Made by a program: the position numbers and the translations under genes. A stretch of DNA of 64,000 nt from Candidatus Eiseniibacteriota bacterium. GTDB taxonomy: Bacteria > Eisenbacteria > RBG-16-71-46 > JABDJR01. The stretch covers positions 1,856,001-1,920,000 of the forward strand of contig CAWANH010000028.1 of assembly GCA_963783375.1 (NCBI GenBank), given 5' to 3'. This document shows, piece by piece, positions 1 to 10,652 of the stretch. The stretch's first letter is position 1, and every line of letters begins with the position of its first letter. Below the pieces are notes generated by a model, which searched no databases, was not told the DNA's origin, and saw only the letters and a list, made by a program, of their open reading frames with translations.

Positions 1-154
1 CCAGGTCCGGCTGGGAGAGGTTCAGGGCGTCGAAGCACTGGGAGAACGGGATTCCCGCCTGGTACAGCATCGTCCCCATGGCCCCGTCGAAGACGACGAC
101 CCGGGATTGGAGAAGCTCGGAGAAATGGGAGCGCGAACGGGAGGTTTCAGGCAT
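1..154 (-). CDS. Homocysteine S-methyltransferase family protein (possibly bifunctional with MTHFR), N-terminal part; runs off the window start
   Basis: Manual translation of the minus strand from ATG at 154 gives MPETSRSRSHFSELLQSRVVVFDGAMGTMLYQAGIPFSQCFDALNLSQPDL. DGAMGTML and 'LNL..PDL' are hallmark S-methyl_trans N-terminal motifs. Not in the ORF track. Confidence 0.85.
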   Translation of the reverse strand, partial: MPETSRSRSHFSELLQSRVVVFDGAMGTMLYQAGIPFSQCFDALNLSQPDL

Positions 155-358
155 TCGACCGACAAGTATAGCAGGGGGGAGGGGCGCGGCGGCATCTCCG
201 GGCGCCGGCGAAACCGAGGCCACGGCGGGCGCTCACCGCCGTGGCCGGATCGGGGCCGGAGTGATAAGATTCCCGGCCCGACGGGTCCCCGGACGGGGCG
301 CGCGGCCGCGGGGGCCGGGCGGACCGTCGACCGCCCACGAGACCGGCGAACCAACCCC

Positions 359-976
359 ATGATCGAAGTCCAGCTTACCGACATCGACCGCTCCTTCGCC
401 GACCGCCGGGTATTGCGGGGGATCAACGTCACCCTGCGGGGGGGGGACCGCCTCCTGGTCCGTGGCCCCAACGGGAGCGGAAAGAGCACCCTCCTCAAGA
501 TCTTCGCCCAGCTCCTCACCCCCACCGGGGGGACGGTCCGTGTCACCGAGGACGGGGCCGAGCGGGATGAGGCCTGGCGGCGGCGGGCCACCGGCTACCT
601 CGCCCCCGACCTGGTCCTCTACGAGGAGTTCTCGCCCCTCGAGAACCTGGACTTCTTCGGTCGGCTCAGGGGGATCGGCCGTGATCACGCCCGGGACGGT
701 GCCCTGCTCGACCGGCTGGGGCTGGGAAAGCGCCTCCACGACCCGGTGGGGACCCTCTCCACCGGCATGCGCCAGCGGGCCAAGCTGGCCTTCGCTCTGC
801 AGGCCGGGCCGCGGCTCCTTCTCCTGGACGAGCCCGGATCCAACCTGGACGCTCCGGGGCGCGAATTGGTGACCAAAGCGGTGGACGATTATGCGGGGGG
901 TGGGGGTATAGTGGTCGTGGCCAGCAACGACCCGGCGGAGTTCGGGTTGGGGACGAGCACCCTTGAGCTGGCTTAG
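359..976 (+). CDS. ccmA: Heme ABC exporter ATP-binding subunit CcmA
   Basis: Walker A GPNGSGKST, signature LSTGMRQR, Walker B LLLLDEP; first gene of the ccm operon. Start trimmed to MIEVQL. Confidence 0.9.
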   Translation: MIEVQLTDIDRSFADRRVLRGINVTLRGGDRLLVRGPNGSGKSTLLKIFAQLLTPTGGTVRVTEDGAERDEAWRRRATGYLAPDLVLYEEFSPLENLDFFGRLRGIGRDHARDGALLDRLGLGKRLHDPVGTLSTGMRQRAKLAFALQAGPRLLLLDEPGSNLDAPGRELVTKAVDDYAGGGGIVVVASNDPAEFGLGTSTLELA

Positions 977-1631
977 GGGCGCCCTGGCCATTCTGGCCAA
1001 GGACGTGCGTTCGGAGGTGCGGACCCGGTCTGCCCTGAACGCGGTGGTGCTGTTCGCGGTGGTCACCCTGACCGTGGTCAGTTACTCGTTGGGGGGCTTC
1101 GGGTTATCGCCGGAGGTGCACTCATCCCTTCTCTGGATAATCTTGTTCTTTGCTGCGATGGCGGGCCTATCCCGTACGTTTGTGGTCGAAGCGGAGAGAG
1201 GGACGGAGCGGGCGCTGAGGCTGTCGGCCTCGGGCCCTCAGATCTACCTGGGAAAGCTGCTTTTCAATCTCGCGCTTTTGGGTCTACTTGACCTGATTCT
1301 GATCCCGCTCTTCCAGGTGCTGTTGCCGATCCGGGAGGCGAACTGGGGACTTCTCTTCACGGGGTTGGCCCTGGGGAGCGTGGCCCTGGCCGCGTCCACC
1401 ACGCTGGTGGCGGCCATCGTCTCCCAGGCGGGGGTGAAAGGAGCGCTCTTCACGGTGCTCTCCTTTCCCATCCTGATCCCGGTCCTGGTGGCCGGGGTGG
1501 GATCGACCCGGAAAGCGATGATGGGAAACGGGTTCGCCGACGCCGGAACCGAGATCCAGCTTCTGGTGTCATACGCCGGGGTGATGATCACCCTGGCCTT
1601 CCTGCTCATCGACTTCGTGTGGCAGGAATAG
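963..1631 (+). CDS. ccmB: Heme exporter permease CcmB
   Basis: AILAKDVRSEVR N-terminus, six hydrophobic segments, LSFPILIPVL motif; overlaps ccmA. Confidence 0.9.
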   Translation: MSWLRGALAILAKDVRSEVRTRSALNAVVLFAVVTLTVVSYSLGGFGLSPEVHSSLLWIILFFAAMAGLSRTFVVEAERGTERALRLSASGPQIYLGKLLFNLALLGLLDLILIPLFQVLLPIREANWGLLFTGLALGSVALAASTTLVAAIVSQAGVKGALFTVLSFPILIPVLVAGVGSTRKAMMGNGFADAGTEIQLLVSYAGVMITLAFLLIDFVWQE

Positions 1632-1642
1632 GAGGAACCGGA

Positions 1643-2347
1643 ATGGGCAAGCTGGCCAAGTGGGTCCTGGGCATCTGGATGGTGGCGGCCATCGTCCTGT
1701 CCTTCACCTATGCCCCCGAGGCCACCCGTCCCAACTTCGGACACCTCGACCCGGTGACCGGCCAGCCGCTGATGCAGCCGTGGCCCGCCTTCCGCATCTT
1801 CTTCTTCCACGTCCCCGCGGCCTGGATCGCCGTCCTCGCCTTCGCGGTGGCCATGATCGTGAGCATCATGGTGCTCCGCCGGCCCCGGGAGCGGCTGGAC
1901 GACATCGCCCTGGCCAGCTCCGAGCTGGGATTCCTCTTCTCGGCCCTGGCCCTGGTGAGCGGGATGATCTGGGCGCGGCTGGAGTGGGGAGCGTTCTGGA
2001 ACTGGGACCCCCGCCAGAACACCATTCTCATCCTCCTCCTCATCTACGCCGGGTATTTCACCCTGCGCTCGGCGGTCCCGGATCCCCTCAAGCGGACGCG
2101 ACTTGCCGCGGTGTACTCGATTCTGGCCTTCGTCACGGTGCCGTTCCTGGTCTTCCTGGTGCCGCGGATCATGGACAGCCTCCATCCCTCGCCGATCATC
2201 AAGACCGGCCCGCGGAGCGGGTCCATGAATCCCCGTATGCTCCAGGTATTCTTCATGTTCCTCGTAGGGTATACCGGGCTCTACGTTTGGATCCTGGCTC
2301 TCAAGGTGCGGAGCCTGGGGCTCTCCCGGTGGGTGCGTGCGCAATGA
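1643..2347 (+). CDS. ccmC: Heme exporter / cytochrome c biogenesis protein CcmC
   Basis: FFFHVPAAW, WWD motif WGAFWNWDPR, SLHP; RBS GGAGG upstream. Confidence 0.92.
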   Translation: MGKLAKWVLGIWMVAAIVLSFTYAPEATRPNFGHLDPVTGQPLMQPWPAFRIFFFHVPAAWIAVLAFAVAMIVSIMVLRRPRERLDDIALASSELGFLFSALALVSGMIWARLEWGAFWNWDPRQNTILILLLIYAGYFTLRSAVPDPLKRTRLAAVYSILAFVTVPFLVFLVPRIMDSLHPSPIIKTGPRSGSMNPRMLQVFFMFLVGYTGLYVWILALKVRSLGLSRWVRAQ

Positions 2348-2469
2348 ACCCGACCTACGCTATCCTGATTGCCATCATGGTCATCTGGGTGGGGGTGTTC
2401 CTGTATCTGGTCGCCCTCGACCGCAAGCTCGACCGGATCTCCAGGGAGATGAAACGTCATGAAAGGTAA
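2344..2469 (+). CDS. ccmD: CcmD family small membrane protein
   Basis: 41 aa MNPTYAILIAIMVIWVGVFLYLVALDRKLDRISREMKRHER: one TM helix plus a charged tail, between ccmC and ccmE, with ATGA overlap. Confidence 0.8.
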   Translation: MNPTYAILIAIMVIWVGVFLYLVALDRKLDRISREMKRHER

Positions 2470-2926
2470 ACGGAGACTCATCATCGGGCTGATCGTGCTG
2501 GGAGTGTTCGGCGCCCTGGCCGCCAAGAACATGAACCGCACCATCACCCCCTACGTTTCCTTCAACGATGCCAAGGCGAGCGAACGCCCGGTCCAGGTGG
2601 CCGGTTTCCCGGACCACCCCAAGGCCTATTTCGATCCGTCGAGCGGGCTGTTTCGCTTCACCATGACCGACGAGGACGGCGAAACGATGCCGGTCTCCTA
2701 CGAGGGGGCGCGCCCGGGAAATTTCGACCAGGCCCAGAGCGTGGTGGTGGTGGGCCGCTACCATCAGGGGACGCTTCAGGCCAGCCAGATCCTGGTGAAA
2801 TGCCCCTCCAAGTACCAGGCCGAGGAAGAGGCGGGGATGGAACATCCCGGCGAACCCGGCTCCTCACCTGATACCGGAACCGATTCCGGGGCGAAGACCG
2901 CGGCCACCGCGGCGGAAACGGATTGA
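2459..2926 (+). CDS. ccmE: Cytochrome c maturation heme chaperone CcmE (CxxxY variant)
   Basis: N-terminal TM, 'YEGARPGNF', and 'ILVKCPSKY' in place of the canonical KHDENY. Confidence 0.9.
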   Translation: MKGKRRLIIGLIVLGVFGALAAKNMNRTITPYVSFNDAKASERPVQVAGFPDHPKAYFDPSSGLFRFTMTDEDGETMPVSYEGARPGNFDQAQSVVVVGRYHQGTLQASQILVKCPSKYQAEEEAGMEHPGEPGSSPDTGTDSGAKTAATAAETD

Positions 2927-2930
2927 TCCG

Positions 2931-5495
2931 ATGATCACGTTCGGTTATGGGCTACTCATCTTCGCGGCGGTGTCGACCGGGGTGGCCATGCTCGGGTACC
3001 TGCCCGGACTCCGCAAGGACTCGGGTTCGGCCAACCTGAAGCTGGCCCGCCCGGCGGTCTACGTGAGCACCCTGGCCGTGGTGGCCACCGCGGCATGGCT
3101 CTGGCACCTGATCCTCAGCCACCAGTTCCAGTACAGCTACGTTTTCCGGTACTCGAACCTCGAGATGCCGTTCAAGTACGTGGTGGCGTCGTTCTGGGGC
3201 GGCCAGGAGGGGACGTTCCTGCTCTGGGCCACCTACGGCTCGCTGCTGGCGCTCTTCCTGAGGTTCAAGGCCCGCCAGTACGAGGCTCCGGTTCTCTTTT
3301 TCTACCTGGGCATCAACCTCTTCCTGATGCTGATGCTGCTGAAGGCCAACCCCTTCGCGCTCATGGCCCAGGTCCCGGCGGACGGGAACGGCCTGAACCC
3401 GCTGCTTCAGGACCCGTGGATGACCATTCATCCGCCGATCATGTTCTTCGGGTTCGCCTCCCTGGGCATTCCCGCGGCCTACGCCATGGCCGCGCTGGTC
3501 AAGGAGGACTGGGACAACTGGGTGCGCCGCGCGATCCCCTTCACCACCTTCGGGGTGATGGCCCTGGGAACGGGGCTCCTCCTGGGCGGATACTGGGCCT
3601 ACAGCATCCTCGGCTGGGGCGGCTTCTGGGGCTGGGACCCGGTCGAGAACTCGTCCCTGGTCCCGTGGCTGGTGGCGGTGGCGCTCCTCCACAACCAGGT
3701 GATCCAGAACAAGAAGGGGATCTTCCGCCGGATCAACATCTTCCTGGCCATGCTCCCCTTCGTGCTCCTCACCTACTCCACCTTCCTCACCCGGAGCGGG
3801 GTGCTTGCCGACTTCTCGGTGCACTCGTTCACCGATCTCGGGATCAACCAGTTCCTGGTCGCGTTCATGGTGGTGTTCCTGGGCGGCGGGCTGGCGCTGT
3901 TCGCGTTCAAGTTCCGCCGGATCCCGGTGGACAAGATCCAGGCTCCGCTCTTCAGCCGGGAGTACTTCATCTTCCTGGGTTCGCTGGCCTTCGGTCTCTT
4001 CGCGTTGTTCGTTCTTCTGGGCACCTCCTCGCCCCTCCTCTCCAGGCTCTGGGGCCATCCCGCGAACGTGCAGCCCGAGTTCTACAACCGGACCGGCCTT
4101 CCCTTCGCCATCCTGATCGGCGTTCTCATGGGGGTCTCGCCTTTCCTCTTCTGGAGCCGGAACGACTTCCGGGCGGTCCTGCCCAGGCTCATGTGGCCGG
4201 TCGGGGCCTCGGTGATCGCGCTCCCGATCCTCTACGTTGCGGGGGTCAAGAACCTGGAATACCTGGCCATGCTGGACGCCGGGATCTTCGCCGCCCTGGG
4301 CAACGCCACGGTGATGGTGCTGGTGATGCGGCAGAACTGGAGCGGGATCGGCGGCTACCTGGCCCACATCGGAATCGGGCTGGCCATGATCGGCATCCTC
4401 ACCTCCACCGGTTTCGGCGAGAAGAAGACCGTGGTCCTTCCCCGGGGCGAGGAAGTCCGCGCGGTGGGCTACGGATTCAAGTTCATGGGGGTCCGTCCGA
4501 TCGAGGACGGGAAGAAGAACGCCTACGACGTGGCGCTCCGCACCGCGGGCGGCGCCTACCTCGTTTCCCCCACCATGTTCTTCAGCGACTTCAACGGCGG
4601 CATGATGAAGAAGCCGGCCATCCAGCCCTTCTTCGTCCGTGACGTCTACCTCTCGCCCATCGGGTACGCCCAGGATCGCTTGAGCGACCGCATCGAGACC
4701 CCGCTCATGCTCATGCCGGACAAGCCGCAGACCCTGAACGGCATGACCTTCACCCTGAAGGACATCCAGACCACCGCCATGGCCGACGACGGGCACGGAC
4801 ACGACTCCCAGGGCCAGGACGTGACCGCCACCATCCTGGCCGAGGCGGGGGGGGAGAGCGTCACGATCAAGCCGGTGCTCAAGACCTTCGCCGACGGCCA
4901 CACCGAGGTGGCTCCGGCCATGGTGCCCGCCACCGGCTCCCAGGTCACCCTGGAAGCGGCCGGGGCGATGGTGAGCGCGGCCAAGATCGGGGTGGGGCGG
5001 CCTCCCCTGGTGCTCAGCCAGGGTGAGTCCGGGACCCAGGGGGAGTACACGATCACCCTCCAGGGATTCGACGTGGAGCAGGCGACCCGGCCCGGGGGCA
5101 GCGTGAAGGTCTACGCCCACTCCACGGTCTCGGTCGGCGGGCAGGAGTACCACCTGCAGCCCGGCCTGATCAGCCGTCCCGGGCAGGACGAGCTCGAGTC
5201 CATCGAGGCCCCGATCGGGCGGACCGGGATGAACCTGGTCCTGGCCGACCTCGAGGCCACGACCGGCAAGGCCCACTTCCAGGTGGCTCCCACCCCCCAG
5301 GAGTATCTCTACGCCGAGGCCAGCACCAAGCCCTTCATCGTGCTCCTGTGGATCGGGACCGCGGTGGTCCTGATCGGGCTGGTCATGTCCACCCTGAACC
5401 GGGGCCGGATGGCGGGGCGCCTCTCCGCCCAGGTCGCGGGGAGCAACAAGAAGGTCGCGGTGCTCAAGAAGAACGGGAAGCGGCACGCGGCGTAG
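2931..5495 (+). CDS. ccmF: Heme lyase CcmF with extended periplasmic C-terminal region
   Basis: [52 protein letters not shown], and [10 protein letters not shown] near the C-terminus. Confidence 0.93.
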   Translation: MITFGYGLLIFAAVSTGVAMLGYLPGLRKDSGSANLKLARPAVYVSTLAVVATAAWLWHLILSHQFQYSYVFRYSNLEMPFKYVVASFWGGQEGTFLLWATYGSLLALFLRFKARQYEAPVLFFYLGINLFLMLMLLKANPFALMAQVPADGNGLNPLLQDPWMTIHPPIMFFGFASLGIPAAYAMAALVKEDWDNWVRRAIPFTTFGVMALGTGLLLGGYWAYSILGWGGFWGWDPVENSSLVPWLVAVALLHNQVIQNKKGIFRRINIFLAMLPFVLLTYSTFLTRSGVLADFSVHSFTDLGINQFLVAFMVVFLGGGLALFAFKFRRIPVDKIQAPLFSREYFIFLGSLAFGLFALFVLLGTSSPLLSRLWGHPANVQPEFYNRTGLPFAILIGVLMGVSPFLFWSRNDFRAVLPRLMWPVGASVIALPILYVAGVKNLEYLAMLDAGIFAALGNATVMVLVMRQNWSGIGGYLAHIGIGLAMIGILTSTGFGEKKTVVLPRGEEVRAVGYGFKFMGVRPIEDGKKNAYDVALRTAGGAYLVSPTMFFSDFNGGMMKKPAIQPFFVRDVYLSPIGYAQDRLSDRIETPLMLMPDKPQTLNGMTFTLKDIQTTAMADDGHGHDSQGQDVTATILAEAGGESVTIKPVLKTFADGHTEVAPAMVPATGSQVTLEAAGAMVSAAKIGVGRPPLVLSQGESGTQGEYTITLQGFDVEQATRPGGSVKVYAHSTVSVGGQEYHLQPGLISRPGQDELESIEAPIGRTGMNLVLADLEATTGKAHFQVAPTPQEYLYAEASTKPFIVLLWIGTAVVLIGLVMSTLNRGRMAGRLSAQVAGSNKKVAVLKKNGKRHAA

Positions 5496-5536
5496 TCGCG
5501 GGCGGTTCGGCGGGCTCTGTTCGGCGGAAGACAATT

Positions 5537-5567
5537 CGAGGCCCCGGGTGGTTCACCCGGGGCCTCG
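5537..5567. terminator. Hairpin between convergent ccmF and lysC (possible bidirectional terminator)
   Basis: 14-bp perfect stem CGAGGCCCCGGGTG / CACCCGGGGCCTCG with a GTT loop. Confidence 0.6.
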
Positions 5568-5612
5568 GTACTTCGAGGCGCGACGCGCCGCTCCGCGCGG
5601 GGGCGACCCGGA

Positions 5613-6827
5613 TCAGGAGCGGTCGCCGGGCTCCAGGAACTCCCGGTGGAGCGCCCGCTGGGCGGCCTCACGGCTCCCGCGGAACCAGGAAGGTGAGGCT
5701 CAGGTTCCCGGTGTCGAAGGCCGAAGGCACGATCCCCGCCGCGGCAAACGCGCGCTGGGCCCGGGCGGCCACCGCGGGGGCGTCCAGGACCCCGGTTCCC
5801 ACCACCGAGACCGAGGCGTGCTCCCGGCCGACGGTCATCCGGCCGCCGTGTCGCACGGTAAGCTCCTGGAGCTTTGCCAGCAGGTCCTCCAGCTCCGGCC
5901 GGACCGGCATGTGGAAGGCCAGGTGGGTGCGCGCGGCGTCCCCGTACTGGTGGAGCGCCACCGCCTCGTCCAGAAGCGTCGTCCAGAGCCTCGAAGAAGG
6001 CGATGCGGGAGTCTCCGGAGAATTCCAGGTCCTCCATGCGCACCTCGGCCACCCGGTCCCGCCCGGTCACCGCCGCCACCTCGGGTCCCGATTCGATCGG
6101 TTGTCCTTCCACCAGGGTTCCCGCCCCCTTTCTGAACGTCGAGCGCACCTGGAAGGGGAGCCGCCGTCGCCGGGCCAGCTCCACCGCCCGCGCGTGCATG
6201 ACCCCCGCCCCGTGGCAGGCCAGCTCCAGCATGGTATCCCAGCTCACCCGGCGAAGGAGCCGCCCCGCGGGAACCGTTCGCGGATCCGCGGTCATCACCC
6301 CCGCCACGTCGGTGTAGATCTCGCAGAGATCGGCGCCGAGGCCCACCGCCAGGGCCACCGCGCTGGTGTCGCTTCCACCCCGGCCCAGGGTCGTCACCTC
6401 CTTCTCGCGGCTCACCCCCTGGAAGCCGGCCACGATCACCACCCGGCCGCGGTCCAGCTCGGGGCCGATCCGGATGGGGCGGATCTCGAGGATGCGCGCC
6501 CGGGTATGGGCGGTGTCGGTGATGATGCCGCTCTGGCTCCCGGTGAAGGAGATCGCCGCCACCCCCCGGGTCTCGAGAGCCATGGAGAGAAGGGCCATGG
6601 AGATGCGCTCGCCGGCGGTGAGGAGCATGTCCATCTCGCGGCGGCTCGGCCGCTCGGTGACCCGGGCGGCCAGGGTGAGGAGCCGGTCGGTGGTGTGCCC
6701 CATGGCCGAGACGACCACGACGACGCGGTCCGCCGGCCCGGTGGCGGGCGGCGATGCGGTCGGCCACCCGCTGGATCCGCCTGGGGGTGCCGACCGAGGT
6801 GCCGCCGTATTTCTGGACCACCAGCAC
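5613..6827 (-). pseudogene. lysC: Aspartate kinase with three frameshifts (pseudogene or assembly errors)
   Basis: GTG start after GGAGG gives [13 protein letters not shown]; another frame continues [11 protein letters not shown]...[12 protein letters not shown]...[13 protein letters not shown]; an ACT-like tail (VSVVGTGV...ALHREF) lies in further frames. Breaks near 6731, 5975 and 5670. Confidence 0.85.
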
Positions 6828-6924
6828 GCGCGCCTCCCTACGACCGATTCGGCCGCCCCGTTTGGCGGGGGCCTGGAACACCCGACGGAGTATAGGGTTG
6901 GACGGCCCGGAGGTCAAAATTCCG

Positions 6925-6953
6925 TTGACGGGCGCGCCACCGGGCTATAGTCT
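6925..6953 (+). promoter_or_regulatory. Sigma70-type promoter of tRNA-Gly
   Basis: TTGACG-N17-TAGTCT about 30 bp upstream of the tRNA. Confidence 0.6.
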
Positions 6954-6984
6954 TTTCGCTCCCCTGCTGGGGGTCGGATTTCGA

Positions 6985-7060
6985 GCGGAAGTAGCTCAGC
7001 TGGTAGAGCTCCACCTTGCCAAGGTGGTTGTCGCGGGTTCGAGTCCCGTCTTCCGCTCCA
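6985..7060 (+). tRNA. tRNA-Gly(GCC)
   Basis: 76 nt GCGGAAGTAGCTCAGCTGGTAGAGC...CTTGCCAAG...GGTTCGAGTCC...TTCCGCTCCA; acceptor stem, T-loop and encoded CCA are intact. Confidence 0.97.
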
Positions 7061-7153
7061 TTTCTTCCTCCCGAGCGCCGCTCGGTCTCCAAACACGAGA
7101 GGGTGCCCACCCTATGGTGATCGCCCTTGTGAAACGTGGTTCCCAGGTACTCG

Positions 7154-10100
7154 CTACCGGATGACGACTATTCTCCGGGTCGCTTCGAACGTCCCAGCCC
7201 GAAGCCGGTAGAGATAAACGCCGGCGGCGGCTGGTTGCCCCGAGCTGTCCGCTCCGTCCCAGGCGATCTCGTGCCTGCCCACGGGCAGGACCTCCCGGGC
7301 CAGGGTGCGCACCAGCCTCCCGGTGACGTCGAACACCTCCAGTGAGACCGCTGCCTCTGCCGGCAGGTCGAAGGCGATGCGGGAACCCGCTCGTAGCGGA
7401 TTGGGCATGGCTCCTCGCAGGGCGAATACGGTGGGAGTTACCGATCCTTCGCCCACTGCGGTGACCGACCCGGAGGATGCCGGGTCACTCTCGTTGCCTG
7501 CGTAGTCCAGGGCGGTGATCTTGTAGAAGACCGATCCCGGATCGGCGGGGGAGTCCTGCCAGGAGGTCGTAGCGGTCTCGTGAACCAGGGTTTCCGGGCC
7601 GGGTAGGAATCCGGGGTCGGTGGAGCGGTAGACCCGGAAGTATTGAAAGTCGGGTTCGGGAGCAGGATCCCAGGACAGGCCCACGGCACCCACGCTGAAG
7701 ATGGCAGCGAGCCCCTGGGGCACGCCGGGAGCGAGGTTGTCCACAGAATACCCGCTGTCGGGATGGGAATCAAAGAAGACCCCGGGTGTCGCCGTGAGTG
7801 CACTCACCATGAAGGTGGTCACGTAGAGGCCCGAGGCAATGGTGGAGTCCGCGAGGGTAGGAACGATCACGGCGTAGTCGTCCTCGACCCGGACCGGCAC
7901 CGTGGTGAGGAAATCCCATCCTGCGGCCTGCATCGTCGCGGCGTGCTGTGCGGTGGCATGGGAGAGGCCCGAGTACGAGGAAGGCACGAGCGTGGGGGAG
8001 GGACCGGACAGGCCCGGGTCGATCTTCCGGTAGACGGCGTACTCCACGATCTGCTCGGGATCGCCGATGAAGTCGTGAGCGCTACGACGCCACTCCACGC
8101 GGACCTGTCGGCCCTGGTCGTTGGGGACGTCGCCGACCGCGGTGATCTCACCGAAGTCGTTGAGCCACTCGGCGGTGACACCCGTGACCTTCGGGCTTTG
8201 CCCGACATACTCCAGGCTCGAGCGCCAGATCAAGTCGGTCCCGGACGCGCCGAACGTCGCCCATTCACCCGCAACGACGCTCTGGAAATTGAGACCGTCG
8301 TCGGCACTGAGCTCCCAAGAGATCCCCGGCGTTTCGGAAGGCACTACGCGGCCCTTCAGGATTACATCGTCGGCGCCGTCCACGGCCACGGACCGTGCAC
8401 TGTTGTTGGCCAGATCCGACTCATCCTGGAGAAATTGAACGATCTGGATGTCGTTATTGGAATTGGTCCCCACGAATGCGTGGTGGCCGGACACAGCGAT
8501 GCGGCGCGCTGTGGACCCCGGCAGATCCAGCACGCCGATCTCTCCGGGGTCTAGTGGGTCTGAGATGTCCAGAACATAAAGTAGAGACGTGCCAGAAGTG
8601 CCAAGAATAGCAACATCCCCGGTGACATCGACACCGGCGATATTCGCTCCAGGGTCAAATACCGACGTGCTTGACAGGGCCGCAGGATTGGTCGCGTCCA
8701 TGAGAACGAGACCGTAGCCGCCAACGAAGACATTGTCTCCGGCGACGGCGATTTGCCCGGCGCTGCATAGACACACGGAAATGTCGTCCAGCAAGACGAG
8801 CCCCGAGGGATTGGTGATATCAATGCTGTAGAGCGAAGTGCCGCTGGTAAAGAAGGCCGTGGCGCCGTCGATCTCAATGTCGCCGGGGAATCCGTTCAGG
8901 ATGATCAGAGAATCCAAGAGAACCGGTGCACCCGGGTTTGAGATGTCCAGCGCACCGAATCCGGTCCACTCTGCCCCGAAGTACGCGACCCCGCCGGCAA
9001 TGTTCACCGTTCGGGTAGTCCCCACAGTGGGATGCGTGGACAGTGGGACCGGGGAGGAGGTGTCGGATATGTCCACAAGGATGACTCCCGCTGTGTCCGC
9101 GGCGAGGGCGGCCAGATCTCCGCTCACAGACACGTCCCACACCTTGGGCGCGCCGGGCGGCACATAGTTGCCCACCTCCATCGGCGCGGCGGGATCAGTT
9201 ACGTCGAGAATGCGCAACCCACCGGTGGAGCTGGCCGAGTAGAGGAGATTCCCGGAGACTTCGACTCCGTCGGCTCTTCCGGTGAGGGAGAGCCCGGCCA
9301 CTGAAACCGGCGGAAAGGCGTCGGCCACGCGAATGATCCTGAGCCCCTCACCGCTGTCGGCCACGAAGGCGTGCTTTCCGGCGGTCTCGATGCCCGCCGC
9401 GGTTCCCGGGGTGTCCAGGGTCTGAACAATCGTGGGAGCGGCGGGATTGCTCACGTCCACGACCTGGAGGCCGTCGCTCCCGTCGGCGACAAGAACGCGG
9501 TCACCGTCGGCAACCACCTTGGAGGCGGAACCGGGAGTGTCTACGGTGCCCACGAGCGAGGGGCTCGTGGGATCGGTAACGTCGATGATCTGAAGCCCGG
9601 CGCTTCCGTCGGCCACATAAGCGTAGTTTCCATCCACAAAGACGCCGAAAGCGCTCCCGGGAGTATCGTAGGCTCCTTCCAGGGTCGGCACCGAGGGGTT
9701 GCTGATGTCGATGATCTGCAGTCCGGAATTGAAGTCGGCCACGAAGACAAGACTGCCCTCGACGAACAGGTCCGCCACCAGGTGCGCCGTATTGAAGGAT
9801 CCGAGCAGGGTGGGGCTGGTCGGATTGGAGAGATCAAGCACTTCGATGCCGGAGAGACCTACGCCGATGACGGCCAGGTTACCTAGGACGGCAACCTTGT
9901 CGGGAGTGGTTGCGGGGTTGTAGAACCCGACCAGGGTCGGTGTGGTCGGGTCGGCAATATCAACCACGAGGAGGCCCGGGGTCCCATCGGCAAGATAGGC
10001 ATAATCGCCGTACAGGGCCACATCCTGGACGTTGTTTGCCGGTCCGTAGGTTCCGGCGATGCCAGGAGCCGTGAGGTCGGAGACGTCGATTACCTGAAGA

Positions 10101-10360
10101 CCCGAGGAAGCATCAGTCACGAACGCGTAATCCCCGGCTACCGCGAGAGCGCGTGCGTTTCCCGGAGTGTCCACGGAACCCACTGTAGCGGGGGAGAACG
10201 GGAAGAGTCCTAGTTCGCCATCCCCGGTGTTCCAGTCGGCGGTGGTGTTCAGACTGTCCTTGAATACGGTGGTCGTGAAGTCCTCCGTGTAGGTACCCGC
10301 GAAGGCAGGGAAGGGGGCGATGCAAAGGAGCAGCGCAAGAAGTCTGATGCGATCGGCCAA
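7154..10360 (-). CDS. Secreted LVIVD-repeat beta-propeller protein with FN3-like and C-terminal FlgD-Ig/T9SS-like domain
   Basis: Signal peptide; many 'G.YAYVAD...GLQIIDV.DP..P.LVG..DTPG' repeats; 'VDNLAPGVP' FN3-like segment; C-terminus 'MPNP...IAFDLP...VFDVTGRLVRTL...WDG.D..G...AGVY.YRL'. Confidence 0.88.
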   Translation of the reverse strand: MADRIRLLALLLCIAPFPAFAGTYTEDFTTTVFKDSLNTTADWNTGDGELGLFPFSPATVGSVDTPGNARALAVAGDYAFVTDASSGLQVIDVSDLTAPGIAGTYGPANNVQDVALYGDYAYLADGTPGLLVVDIADPTTPTLVGFYNPATTPDKVAVLGNLAVIGVGLSGIEVLDLSNPTSPTLLGSFNTAHLVADLFVEGSLVFVADFNSGLQIIDISNPSVPTLEGAYDTPGSAFGVFVDGNYAYVADGSAGLQIIDVTDPTSPSLVGTVDTPGSASKVVADGDRVLVADGSDGLQVVDVSNPAAPTIVQTLDTPGTAAGIETAGKHAFVADSGEGLRIIRVADAFPPVSVAGLSLTGRADGVEVSGNLLYSASSTGGLRILDVTDPAAPMEVGNYVPPGAPKVWDVSVSGDLAALAADTAGVILVDISDTSSPVPLSTHPTVGTTRTVNIAGGVAYFGAEWTGFGALDISNPGAPVLLDSLIILNGFPGDIEIDGATAFFTSGTSLYSIDITNPSGLVLLDDISVCLCSAGQIAVAGDNVFVGGYGLVLMDATNPAALSSTSVFDPGANIAGVDVTGDVAILGTSGTSLLYVLDISDPLDPGEIGVLDLPGSTARRIAVSGHHAFVGTNSNNDIQIVQFLQDESDLANNSARSVAVDGADDVILKGRVVPSETPGISWELSADDGLNFQSVVAGEWATFGASGTDLIWRSSLEYVGQSPKVTGVTAEWLNDFGEITAVGDVPNDQGRQVRVEWRRSAHDFIGDPEQIVEYAVYRKIDPGLSGPSPTLVPSSYSGLSHATAQHAATMQAAGWDFLTTVPVRVEDDYAVIVPTLADSTIASGLYVTTFMVSALTATPGVFFDSHPDSGYSVDNLAPGVPQGLAAIFSVGAVGLSWDPAPEPDFQYFRVYRSTDPGFLPGPETLVHETATTSWQDSPADPGSVFYKITALDYAGNESDPASSGSVTAVGEGSVTPTVFALRGAMPNPLRAGSRIAFDLPAEAAVSLEVFDVTGRLVRTLAREVLPVGRHEIAWDGADSSGQPAAAGVYLYRLRAGTFEATRRIVVIR

Positions 10361-10652
10361 GGATGACCCTCCAATCGATTGCCGGGATGTGAAGAGAGCG
10401 AGGTTCAGCGAGGTCCCTGAACGCGAGCAAAAAGCAGATAATTACTATAGCAAATTAGAGGTCTCAGGCAAAAGCGCCTCGCGACTCCGGTTTTCTTTGC
10501 TCGCCTATTCGGCCCTCATTCAGTCTGAGGGTCACGGTCTGTTACTCTCTGTCACACCTCGGGCCTGGAGCGGGCCACCCTTACGCATCCACTGCCTTTG
10601 CAATACATTGTCCCACAGCAATATACGGAGCTGGGCTGAATCAGGCGCTCTT

